A stretch of 64,000 nt of DNA, taken from Klebsormidium nitens (Eukaryota > Plantae > Klebsormidiophyceae). The notes beneath the pieces were generated by a model that did not search any database, was not told the DNA's origin, and was given only the letters and a program-made list of their open reading frames with translations. The stretch is taken from NCBI GenBank assembly GCA_000708835.1, contig DF236977.1:186001-250000 (forward strand), in the 5' to 3' direction. This document shows positions 22,401 through 33,554 of the stretch, in pieces. The position numbers and the translations under genes are program-made. Positions within the stretch are counted from its first letter, which is position 1; the number at the start of each line of letters is the position of its first letter.

Positions 22401-25400
22401 CTGCAACCGGAAAGCAGAGAGAAGGAGCTGAGGGATCGGGGTTGGATTTGACTCTCGCAGCCTGGAAGAAGGATCCGGAAGACCCCCTGTCTTTCCCTGC
22501 TGGTGAGGGGCGGGAAGATGAGTCAGCGCAGGATGCGGAAGAAGACTCCCATGCTGAGAAGGGGTGGGTTTCGACTGGAGAAGGCTCGGCAGCGGGGCCG
22601 GAGGTTGCCCAAGATACAAGTGTCCCGTCTTCCGAAGTTGTGCAGCAAGTCCCGGCTTCACCGAGCAAGCACGTAAAGAGTGCTGTCGAAGCTGTGTCGC
22701 AAGCTGGGGAGTCAGAAGAAGGAGAAGGAGATAGTCGAAACCCAAGTGGCGAGAAGCTCGAGAAGCCGGGGCCAGAAGCAGACCCAAACCCTGCCGTGCC
22801 AGAAGGAAACAAAGGGCCAGCTTTGACTCTGGAAGAAGAATTAAAGCCGACAGAGCAAAAGGAAATCCTAGCTTCCAGCGCAGTCAAGGTTGAAGAAGAG
22901 CAGCTGAAAGAGCCGGGGAGAGCGGAGAAGGCGGGTGACAAGATCGGGGACAAAGGGTTCGCTTCGGCGCGCGCGACTGAGGTGAAGGCGGGTGGAGATG
23001 CTTCTGACGGCCAAGTATCACTTGCCTCCGTTCAGATCAGTGAGGAAGAGAACACAGAAGCCACGGAGGGGGAGGATGAGGCTCAGAAGCAGGTCATAAA
23101 CGGGACAAGTCTGTCGCGGGCGGTGAGAGCGGAAGAAGCGATTGCGGCTGCTGAGGAAGCTGCGGATAAGGCGGATGTGTCTCGTGATCCTGAGATTGAG
23201 GGGCAAGGGTTTGGCGTTAGCAGGAATGCGGAGGAACCAAAACACGTGGCGGAAGACGCTGGGAGCGGAGAGAAGGCGGACGGAAGAGAGGCTGAACTTA
23301 AAGGAACAGAGGAATGCAAGAACAAGGAAGTGTCAGAATGGGAAGACGTGCGAAGCAAAGAGGCGCCTGGCAGCCGAGTCGGTGAGGCGGATAACCCGCC
23401 AGCAGAAGGAGGAGCTCCTGTTCAGACCAATGAGCAGGCGCCAGGTGTCACGGAGGCAGAGCTCAAACCAGGGGAAACGTCGACGGAGTTTGGGGCGCCT
23501 GAAACCGGAGCGGGCTCGGGTGATCATGGTGACGTGGCAGGGGCAGGTTGGGGCGAGCCGGAGAAAACACCTTCTGACCAGCCTGGTGACCAGTGTTCCG
23601 CGGAAGCAGGCAATCCTGTTGAGCCGGAAAAGCCCGCGGAACCGGATGCTGGGCAGCGGAACGAGACGGAACCCGCAGTTGTATACGGAACCGAGGCAGG
23701 CGCGGCGACCGGGTGGGGCGAAGTAGCGGTGGAGGTCGCCGGGCAGCGAGAGGCATCTGTCCCTTCGCCGGTGGAGGAGGCTGGGAGTGGCTGGGAGGGC
23801 GCGCGTGGTGTTTCAGAGACATCTGGCCCGGCGGTGCTGAGGAGCTCAGGACAAATCTCCACCCGTGTCCGACCGGAGAGACCGCTTGACCAGGACGGTC
23901 CGGACACTCAGGTAATCGTCTACTTGCTATGAGAACCTCACTTTGCTAGAAGAACTTCACAAATACAGAGAGGATTCGTTATCAAGGCGTCCGAAAGAGA
24001 TGAGATTACAGTACTTGAAGATTCTCCTAAAAATCTCTGGCCGAGTTTTCAGCTGTTTGTAATTCAAATTTCACCCTTCTGTTTGCTGAAGCCTGTCTGC
24101 AAAATAAAGTTACACAATTGTGTTTTCTCATGTCCAAGTAGATCGTCAATCGAAGTCTTTTAACTCTTAATTTCAACCTTAATGTTGATGTTTTCGAATC
24201 CCTTGTTATCATCGGTTTGGTCTGGGACACTCACTGCAGCACTCAGCAGAAAAAGTTGCCACAATTCGCAATCACGTCTTTCAGATTCGCCGGCTTATGC
24301 TTTCCGATTCGCTTTCAGGCACCCCAGCCCGGTATTTTTGCGGCTTCTGCCATGGGTGAAGACGAGTGGACCATTCCCGTCGAGCCAGAGCCCGTACCCA
24401 CCCGCTCCTCGTTCCGCAAGCGCCCCTCTGAGTGGAAGGCAGAAGTCGACAGCCAGCCCTTCGAGAAGCCCCTGCCGCTGGCCGACGTCGTAAAGGCCGT
24501 CTCCAAGGCCCCGTTCCCGGAGGAGTCCATCATCAGCTCAGAGGGCGGCAATGGCTGGAGCTCGCCAGAGACGTCTCGACTCGACGAAGAACTGGGGAAG
24601 GAGGAGAGACCGGCGCGCACAGAAGGCTTCGCCCAAGATGCAAAAGAGAGACCGGATCCGAGTCTTTCGGAGTGGCAGAACGGCGGTGAGGCAACCCTTT
24701 CGATACTTGGGGTCTTTTGCGGGTTGTATTGCTTCTTTCTCAAGACTTACGGTCTCTTGAGCAGATTTTCTATCTGAGGAGCAGCCTTGACAACTTTGGA
24801 AGAGAACATAAAACAATACATGAAAATTGAAAGATCACGAAGACAGAAAGCTTGTTGATTTCATTGAAGAGGAGACAGATTGAGTAATCTCAGAATTGAT
24901 CAAGTCTGAGACGATATTCGGATCAATAACTTCGGGAAGCTTGTCAGAACCGGTGGTTAAGAGACTGGCTTGCTTGCGGGTCCCTTAATAATATGTCTTG
25001 GCTTTCACCTCCCGAGCCTGCAAACCAAACACACTTGGAAGTCTAATGAGGCTTCAGAAGCGTTTTTAAACCAGCATTAGACAGGTGAGACTCTATTTTC
25101 AAAATTCTGAACCAGTGAGGATCTTCCCCCAGGTACCGATGGAAAGTCTGCAGGCCTCGAGGAAGCTCCCGAAGGTCAAGCTACCGGCTGGAGCGCTTCC
25201 CCGGCATCGCCCCCCTTGCTTCTCAGCTCGGCAACTCCTCCCGGGCTGCAACCACCGGTACCTCCATCCACCCCTGCCTCCTCCGAGACCAGCCAAGTAG
25301 GCGCCCGGGTGGACGGGACCGACCAGCCAACTCTGCCCCCAGTTTCTGTGGCGAAAGAAGCACCGGGAGAGGAGTTCGAGGCCACGGGGTGGGGAGAACC

Positions 25401-28275
25401 AGTCGGGAGTCCGCAAGCGCCGGTCAGCGAGGCGTCCTTCTCCTCTGCAAAGAGCACGCCTTTCTCGGATGAGGCCAGACCCGCGGCGGCATACACCGAG
25501 CCGGCAGAGACCGTGGAAGCGTTCGAAGGCCCTCCGCAAGCGGATGAGGAGGCAGTGGGGTGGGGAGAACCTGCGCCCTCCGCTCGCTCTCGCCCAATGA
25601 TCCCCATTCCGCAGCCCCTCCCTGCGAAGCCGTTTGACTTGGAGAAGTCCACCGGGCTCCCTCCGCCGACGTTCGCCACCAGCCCTGCTCCCGCAGCGCC
25701 AACCGAGGAGATCACCGCCACCGGGTGGGGCGACGCACCGACAGAAGAAGCGGACTCTGACGGGAGGCCAGCGCCAGAGACAGGCTTTGGAGCGAGCGAG
25801 GCGGCTCCGATGGGTTGGGGGGAAGCCCCAGCGGCGACAGGTTTTGGCGACCAGCAGCCCGTGAGCCCACAGCCTCCGTCGCCCATGAGGCCCGTCGGGC
25901 CTGCCCCCGGATTTTCGACAAAGCCGGCCCCCCGCACGCCCCCCGGGTTTGCTTCTAAGCCCCAGTTCAGCACGTCGCAGGCCGCGAAGCCGCTCAAAGC
26001 GAAGCCGACGCTGGACGAGATCTACGCCAAGGTGTCGGTCGTGCCGAAGGTCGAGGGCGCGACAGGCTGGAACGCGTCGACGGACGTGCAGGAAGACGAG
26101 CCCGCTGAGTATGAAGCGCCCGGTTGGCCTGCCCCGGGAAGCCAGAACGCTCCAACGTCCCCGGAGGCTGCCCCAGCTCGGTCGGGTGTGGACAACCGGT
26201 CGGGGAGCTACCAGCGCGAGACCGGCTGGAGCGCGGCTGGCGACTACCGCTCCGTTCAGGCCTCGGATGATGCTCCCCCCCACCACGAAACAGTTGAGAA
26301 CCGGTCTGTTGGCAGCATTCCCCGAGCGTACCAGCCCGAGATGAGACCGGAAAGTCCGCCCCCCCGGTTCGTCCATCACGACGTGCGTGCCCCGCTCCCT
26401 TACAACCCGGTCATGGAGCAGGCGCGGCCGCGTGCCGCCAGACCCGCGCGCGCGACTCTGCCGGAGCTCCCCGCGGGCTGCATCCCGGCTGCCCGGTTCT
26501 TCCCGTCCCCAGTCGACACCGCGGCCGCCCAGAGCGCGCTGGCGTCAGAGCGCGGAGGCGCCTCGCGCATGCTGATGTCAGCGCTCAAGAGCGCGGTGAC
26601 GAACAATAGTGCGGGCAGGCAGGGCGGGACGGGTAGAGAGGAGGGCTTCGCCGGGAGGAGCGGAGCGGTCGGAAGCGGAATCACCGGAAGCGGAATCACA
26701 GGAGGCCCCAGGAAGTATGCGCCACCCTTGAGTACGGATTACCAGCGGCCGACGTCGGCGGAGTCCAGCGAGGGGCGGTGGGTGCACGACAAGTTCATGG
26801 AGATGCATGGGGAAGAGACCGGCAGAAGGGCCCAGGGGAAAGCACCGGGCGCGTACATGCCGTTTGGGAAGGCGCCGGCCAGCCAAGCAAGTGGGCCAGC
26901 AGACGGGCCGCGCACGAGGGGAACGAAGGACGAGGACCCGATTGCTGAGAAGTGGGGCGGCTTTGCGGAGAAGCAGGAGACTGGTGGTCATGACGGGGGC
27001 ATCAAGGTCTGGGACTGGGACAGTGACAGCGACGAGAAGCAGAGGGAGGTGCAGCAGGCGGAGGGCGGGGTTCTGGGAGAGAGACCACGATTTGGTGGTT
27101 GCGAGAGACTCAACATCGAAGGTGAGCCGGAGTGTTATATTGATCGAGTACTGTGAACTCCGTCGTTTTCTGCTGGTCCTCATACGCTGAGACCATGCTC
27201 AGAGCGAAGTGAGTTTCGTGAAGCTTATTGGTGGCTGCAAAAAGTTTGAAGAGCTTCAACTGAATCTACTCAGCAGTATCAAAATTCTGTTGCTTCTGGG
27301 TCCGAGGGCCGCTATGAGACAGAACCAATTTGATGGACCTTCGATTCATTTCATGATGCTCTTGTTCTCACTGTCATTTTCTAAGCCTCAGGACGAATCT
27401 TGCCTTCCACTGATCAATTGTGCTGCAACTTTGCAGGGCTGAAGCCGTACGAGCCAGAAGACGACGACTCCGTGTCCTCCCAGCCCTCCGCTCCCCCGCT
27501 TCCCCAGCAGAAGGCCAGAACCACTTCAAACCCTCAGCAGTCGTCCGGAGCAAGCGCACCGCGGCCGCGCTTCGCGCGCGACAAGAAGGTGGACGAAGCG
27601 CTCGCGGCCTGGCAGGCGTGGGGGGGAGCCGGCAGCGAGCCCGACCCGTTCGCGGAGGCGGAAGCCAAGTACGGACCGGGACCTCCAGCCAGGCAGCCGA
27701 AGCCCGCTCCACCTACCCGGGAGAAGCCAATCGGGCCGAGACGCGCGACCCCACCCGCAGTAACAGAGCCCCCCCCTCCGACCAAGGCCCCGGTGCGCGC
27801 GGTGTACCCCCCCGGGAGCAGCGGCAGCCTCGCCGCGCAGACGCTCAAGCTGCCTGAGAGATCGCCGTCGTCCTCGGTGGTAAGCCCCGAGCCGCGATAC
27901 AAGCGCGACGCGAAAGTGGAAGAGGCGCTGTCCGCGTGGAAGGCTCTGGGAACCGACCCCAACGAACCGGACCCCTTTGAGGAAGCAGCTCGCAAGTACG
28001 GAACAGAGCCCGCCCCAAAGCCGAAGCTCAAGCCGAGCATCGTGCCTGCGCAGCGTCCCGCGCCACCGGCCAGGATCCCCGCTCCCGCAAAACCTGTCCC
28101 TGCGGCGCAACCCCCCCCGGCAAAGAGCACCCCGGTAGCGGCGGCTCCTTCGAATGGACCTGTGCGATTTGGACGAGACCCAAAGGTGGACGAAGCGCTG
28201 GCGGCGTGGAAGAATCTAGGCGGTGCTGATGAGCCAGATCCGTTTGAGGAGATAGAGCGGAGGAATCGATATTGA
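19486..28275 (+). CDS. Very large acidic, low-complexity protein (at least 2,344 aa) with GW/WG repeats, a WxHDKF motif and three C-terminal 36-aa repeats; function unknown
   Basis: In-phase exons 19486-20317, 20904-23911, 24319-24685, 25133-27121, 27437-28275 (7035 nt). Upstream exons near 18800-19470 are possible but unresolved. The protein is rich in E/A/G/P/S, and no folded domain was recognised except the terminal repeats. Confidence 0.8.
20101..20223 (+). repeat. Imperfect in-frame 66-nt tandem duplication (22-aa period; QGGFVRGNSFEA / QGSFGRGNSFEV)
   Basis: 20101-20157 and 20167-20223 share CAGAGGCAACAGCTTCGAAG exactly. Confidence 0.85.
27568..28272 (+). repeat. Three protein-level repeats, consensus R[FY]xRDxKV[DE]EALxAWxx[WL]GxxxxEPDPFxE
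   Basis: Copies at 27568-27675, 27895-28002 and 28165-28272, separated by Pro-rich linkers. Confidence 0.9.
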
Positions 28276-29596
28276 GGCAAGGTGGTCCAGGGTAGTGTGT
28301 AGTGAAGGAGGATGCGAGTAGAGAGAGTCGAGGAGTAGACGGTTACACGCATCTGTTTATGAATGGGAGGTGTGAATCAACTCAGTTTGCGTGTCTGCAT
28401 GATGTACAAGCTTGACCAGGGACTCTTTAGCAGTCTCGCCAATGTCGATCGCTTCTGCATCAAGGTCCTGTAATGGCGCTCAAATGGTAGGTCATGCTCC
28501 GCGATTATCATGAGTTGGTGCTTTATCATGTTGAATCTATAGCCTCACCGCAAAGGTCGTTGCTACTCGCGTCCAGACTGCTTTGGTGTATAACTTGTCT
28601 GCAATAGATGCACTGGCCGATACTCCCATTGTTGGACCGTTTATATCGATGCCAAGGCTACTTCAATCATGACAGGACTGCCAAGCTTGTATGATTGATT
28701 AACGGCTTCGCGGTGCAGACGAGTCAATTCGTCCGCTTCATGACGCCTTCTAGTGTTTGCCATTGTTGGGAGCTTTGCGTTACATGCATCGTCTGCAATA
28801 TGATTCAAATCGACACCTGCAGCGGGCATGACCATATAAATGTTTTGTTTCTGCGTAGTTGTGTGCGTAGGACAGAAGGCCCTGACCCAATCCGAGCCAT
28901 CATCTTGAGAAAAATTCAACGAGTAGCTAAACGGTTGATTGCCTTCACGGTCTGTGCAGCATTCAGCGCAGTGCCAGATTACAGCATGAGTATGTGCATA
29001 TTGAATAAAACATTTCTAAACATGCATTGCAAATTCACACCGTTATTCCTGTCAAGGAGCATTCATAACAGCTTCTACACCGTCCGTTGACAAACGGACG
29101 GAAATGCTGTCTGCACCCAGTAGAATGTACGCGCTGTGGATCATCTCTTTGCTGCCCATGTGTAACACGGACTGCCCAAGTATGTTAAGCGGCCCGCGGG
29201 CGCGATCATGCAAAGGTAAGGCATCCGGATAGGTCATCCAGCGCTCTCGGCACTGTTTGCGTGGGGGCGTACGTCTCCTTGAAGGATTCCGAGCATTCTC
29301 AGAGTTGACATGAAACAACAGCAGAGCGGCTGTCGACGGCAGATGTGTACCGCAGCAAGAGGTGTATATCGCTTGATGTCATACTCTCAAAAGAGTCCAA
29401 CTCTGACTTGAAATGGTAAGTCGGAATACTTGAGCAAGCTCACGCTTGAAAGACGAAAAGAATGACTTGAGCACGGCTACGAATACGCGCAATACGGTTG
29501 TTGCCAAAAGCACTTGGGTTTCTCAACTACCCGCACATCAGTACGCTCGTACTGAAGAGAAGGCGCTGACCTTTTCGATCGCTGAAGCAGAGCCTA

Positions 29597-31655
29597 TTAC
29601 AAGGGCTCGCCGGTCTCGGAGAGCTTCTTATCTGAGCCCCCCGACGATGCCGGCATGTCGGAGTACTTGGGGAGTCCGTCGTGGAGCTGCATCTTCCTCT
29701 CCTTATAGTAGAGGTGCAACTGTGGCTTGAACGGGAAGTCAAGGATCGGCGTGGGTCGCGTGGCCAGAATGTTGCCGCCAACTATGCTGTAGACAGGCTC
29801 GCCGCATTCCCTGCATTAAGAGCATATGGCATGAAAAGCCAAATTTAAAAAGTAGCCACCCATTGACGATTGACGAGATTGATGCAAGCCCCGTAAGTCA
29901 CGGTCAACCTTGTGAGCTGAAAAGAGCAATGGCGATAAGCGTCCCGAGATATGTGCCCTTCACTGCTTCGTCTTTGTATTTAGCTTGGCTTGATGTGCAT
30001 CAGGATGCCTATTCGATTTGGGCACTAAAAGCAGCTTAAAGCAAACGTAAGTAGCCCCTGAGTAGCAAGCATAACAGGAGGACGGGTCAACCAGAGACGA
30101 AGTGTCGACCGACTTTTCCATGTAAGAACAGTGCCAGAGGAAGAGGAAAGAAGACAAAGAAAGCAGACGAGACATGATTCCATTCATGATTCCGCCCAAA
30201 ACTTTGCTTCATTATTCGAGGCTTTAGTGCACTTGGTTGCTGAGTTTGTCACAGCTAAACTGATTGATGGTCTATAGTGTTGTCAATGTGCTTTTCGGAC
30301 GGAAAATTGGGTGACCTTGCATCCGTTACGGACAACGGATGTGTACCGACGAACGTACACGAGATTCTCCTCGTAGAAGCAGTCTCAAGCCGCTATGCAG
30401 GACATTTCAGAATTGGAGCAAACGGCGCACCTGTCCTTGACACAATGCTTGAAGCCCCAAACGATCAAGCATTGCTGTTTACTTAAAAGCTTCATTTACT
30501 GAAATCCACGAAAGCACAGGGGAACAGAAACCCCAACGAGGGACTACAAATGCCCTTTTACCCCCTTTCTTAGGTCTTTCCAGTCTTTATTCCACCAGCC
30601 CAAGTCGAAGAGATTATCAGAGCCGGCGCCACAGCGTCTTGTGCGTCCGAATCTGCGCGCATATCAGCCGCAGGACCAGACAAATCCCACCAGTGACTCA
30701 ACTAACCAAAAAAGACGGTATACTTGGTGGATCTCATCATCTCTTATTGCTTATGCTTGCTAACATCCGCAATCATGACACTTAAGAGAGCAAAAACAGG
30801 GGTCCGAAAAGCCCACCAAGAATCACCGACCATTGGGCTTACCTGCAAAAATAGCGCTGCGTCTTTCCGGAGCTGTCCATAAGCGTTTTAGCCAGCTTGT
30901 CTTCTCCTTGCACGATCTGGAAGACGCTGCCGAGGCCCTCTTGCCACAACACCAGGGGGACAATGGGCAACTTGTAGTATACGCGGCAATCGGAGCAGTG
31001 GCACCAAAGCTGCAGCTGACGATACCTCTGGTCAACAGACCCGGCATATACTGGGTAACAATGGGCGCCTCATTATCAGTGTACCCATGAAGCTAACTGT
31101 AGATGGTCATTCTCATTCCTCATACGCACCAAACTGATCAAAGACTACAAATCTGGCATGCCCCATATTGAGGTCAGATTGCGTTTTTAGTCCTGGCTTT
31201 CTGAATCATGCAGCGACGACACTCACACGTGCGACTGAACCATCAGTGATCAGACTTTGCAAACAGCAACCACATGCAAAAGCGGGGTGTACAGGAACCC
31301 CTTCACCGCATACTGACCCCCGCGTCTTTCCACCTAATATGACCCTTCCCCAGACAACCCACCTCCTTCATGGCCAGACCAGCCCCCCCCCCTTCTCAAT
31401 CGGCAGCCGCCCCTCCCTCGCCCTGCCCTCCCACCGGGCCCCTGACAGTCACCCCAACAACACCTGGAGATTGTGATCATTGCAGGCAAACAGCCCAAAC
31501 AGCCCAAATACAATCCAACGGTGGGCAGTACCTGATGGTTTGGCGGGGGATGTCAGTGAGGAGATTACCTGAACCATTGGTTCTGCGCTGCGGTCCACCG
31601 CGATCTTCACGGTACCGCAACCGCAGCCCCCGGAATAGCGATCTCCGGAAGCCAT
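29597..31655 (-). CDS. GFA (glutathione-dependent formaldehyde-activating enzyme)/CENP-V/Mss4-like zinc protein, 155 aa
   Basis: Exons 31655-31569, 31009-30843, 29810-29597 (GT-AG, in phase) give MASGDRYSGGCGCGTVKIAVDRSAEPMVQ|LWCHCSDCRVYYKLP...GEDKLAKTLMDSSGKTQRYFCR|ECGEPVYSIVGG...PFKPQLHLYYKERKMQLHDGLPKYSDMP. All seven GFA cysteines are present (CxC, CxCxxC, CxxC). Confidence 0.9.
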
Positions 31656-32310
31656 GAGACCGGCTCGCCCACCGTTGGCACAGGCAAAAGCAGAGTAGTT
31701 TACCAGAGGCGAGAGCACGAAGATTGGCCTTTCCACTCACTTTTCCAGAGATCGGCACGCTGGCGCGTTGAGAAGGGACTCAACCACTTGGATGACGGGT
31801 CAAAAGGGGCGCCTGTGTGTAAGCTCCGACCTGAGGGGCTAAATAAAGGCGCTGGCTGCTCGATGCTTCTGCCTCTGAGACTTTTCCCTTGAAATGCTGC
31901 CGAGACATTCGGATGGAGTTCAACCCGAGTTCAAGCATCACATATTGCATCTGAGTGGGGGCCTGTATCTCGCTCTCTAGGCCCTCGACATTATTTTAGC
32001 TATTAGAGGGCAGACTCAAAGAATCCAACTTTTGGACAGTGACTTGAACGCTGTCCAACACAGTGCGTTGTACAGGATTCACAACAGATCATAGGTGTAT
32101 GGATCTCAACGTAATGATATAGAGATTAGTGATCCCCTTGGAGCTTGCAACAGCGTCAATATGACGCTTTTAACATGCAGTTCCGTACATGTCTGACTTC
32201 TAAGAGATATTTTGTCACGCCTACTATCTTGGACCGAGGATGAGTCGAAGCGCTCTGAGTCCTGCCATGCAGGCCGGGCATATGCAGCGGAGCCGACATG
32301 TTTTAACCTA

Positions 32311-32620
32311 CCGTAGTGGAAAGGTACGAAGCCGAAAAAATAAATGATTATTTACCATTCGGCAAGTTACAAGACCTGTTTTTCATTCGGCAAGTGGTTT
32401 TTCGGATTTGGTAAATAATTGCTCAAATGCGGTCGGATTCTCAAAACGTATGGCCGGGCAGCCTTATTGACGCCAGTATGGGGCAAAAAAGCCCTCGGGT
32501 AGAGCTACCGAGCACATTCGGATTCAGGGTCGGATTCTTTAAATAAATCGGTAAAACAGGTCGTATTCGATCAAATAATTACCATTTTGAAGCATTCGGC
32601 TTCATACCTTTCCACTACGG
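32311..32620. mobile_element. 310-bp MITE (Tc1/mariner-type by its TA target-site duplication)
   Basis: 26-bp TIRs: CCGTAGTGGAAAGGTACGAAGCCGAA (32311-32336) and the reverse complement at 32595-32620, with one mismatch. TA flanks both sides (32309-10, 32621-22). The interior is AT-rich and non-coding, with CATTCGGCAAGT repeated at 32356 and 32384. Confidence 0.85.
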
Positions 32621-33502
32621 TACTTGCAAGCGCAGAAGCCTACGCCCGTCCGAGTCGCCTCTCTGGGGTAGCCCTCCGTCGCCTCTCCTGGCAGTACGTA
32701 ATACTGTACGTATAGCTTCATCATGCAATCATTCATTGCTTCTACCATATCAAGCCCCATGCTTCGGTACGGCTAAGGCGTAGGGATTTCCCCTTCACTG
32801 GGTGATGAAATCCCTCGCAAACGCACTACGGGTCATGCCGCGTGCGGGGTAAAAAGGGTGTATAATTCCTCGTAAGTCGAGGTCGTCGCCGCCTCCCAGG
32901 GGCCGCCGTGCGGTTTGGCACCCGCGCTCCGGCGACCATCGCCAGGTATAGGAGTCCCACGTCTCCAGCTGATGAGCGTGGTGTCCTCAGATTGTTCATC
33001 CTTTTTGCTGACGGATAGCCAGGCTACTGGCCCGATACTGGGAACAACGCTGGGAATGAGGCTATACGTTCGGAACTTCGGGCCTTTGGGGCGTTGGATC
33101 ATCTGGAAATGAGAATTTACGGTCGGAAAGTTGGCATTTTATAGGCCCGGACGGGCAGCTCCGGTCGGGACGGTCCGACCACAAAGCCCCGATATTCGTC
33201 CAAGTATACGGGGGAAAACTCCGCAAATTTGACTGCGCTTCCATGTGGTTCAATGTGAGGACACTGAGGAGAGTTTTCTGGGCAGTTGGGTCGCGAACTT
33301 CAACGCGAAGCCAGGCTTGCGTCCACGTATATGTGGCTTTTTGGATTCCAACTGTCCCGCTTGGGAGCGGAGCGGGTCCGGTCGGGACAGAACCCTTAGC
33401 GACTTATCGAGGCCACCGGCCGGGACGGACGGAGGGACACATGGCGGCACGGGAGTGGGCAGTTTTATGCCGGATTTCAGATGGTTAGATGGGGCCAACC
33501 AA

Positions 33503-33522
33503 NNNNNNNNNNNNNNNNNNNN
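33503..33522. other. Assembly gap (20 N)
   Basis: Run of N; the true length is unknown. Confidence 1.
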
Positions 33523-33526
33523 GAGG

Positions 33527-33554
33527 GACCTGGGTTCGATCCCTCGCAAACGCA
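33527..33554 (+). ncRNA. tRNA-like 3' fragment (T-arm plus acceptor strand, resembling tRNA-Gly(UCC)); not an intact tRNA
   Basis: GACCTGGGTTCGATCCCTCGCAAACGCA contains the B-box GGTTCGATCCC and a CAAACGCA end like plant tRNA-Gly(UCC). The T-stem is mispaired. An A-box-like TGGTTAGA lies at 33482-33489, and the rest falls in the N gap. Confidence 0.5.

Noticed and set aside
25099-28352. Long antisense ORFs (for example 25099-26379, 25176-25997, 27534-28352; also 52564-53580 and 61710-62612) as overlapping genes
   Set aside because: They are shadows of GC-rich sense exons, with no motifs or independent splice signals.
32960-33000. CTGATGAG in repeat A as a hammerhead ribozyme core or snoRNA box C (retrozyme or tRNA-snoRNA dicistron idea)
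   Set aside because: There is no GAAA with stems II/III in a workable position on either strand, and no box D (CTGA) before the T-run.
32982-33006. The 3' end GTCCTCAGATTGTTCATCCTTTTT resembles the 3' end of plant 5S rRNA (Cassandra-like)
   Set aside because: The similarity is limited to about 20 nt, and none of the 5S internal promoter sequence is present upstream.
33465-33554. Intact tRNA gene
   Set aside because: The T-stem is mispaired, no 5' acceptor strand pairs with CAAACGC, and the anticodon region lies in the N gap.
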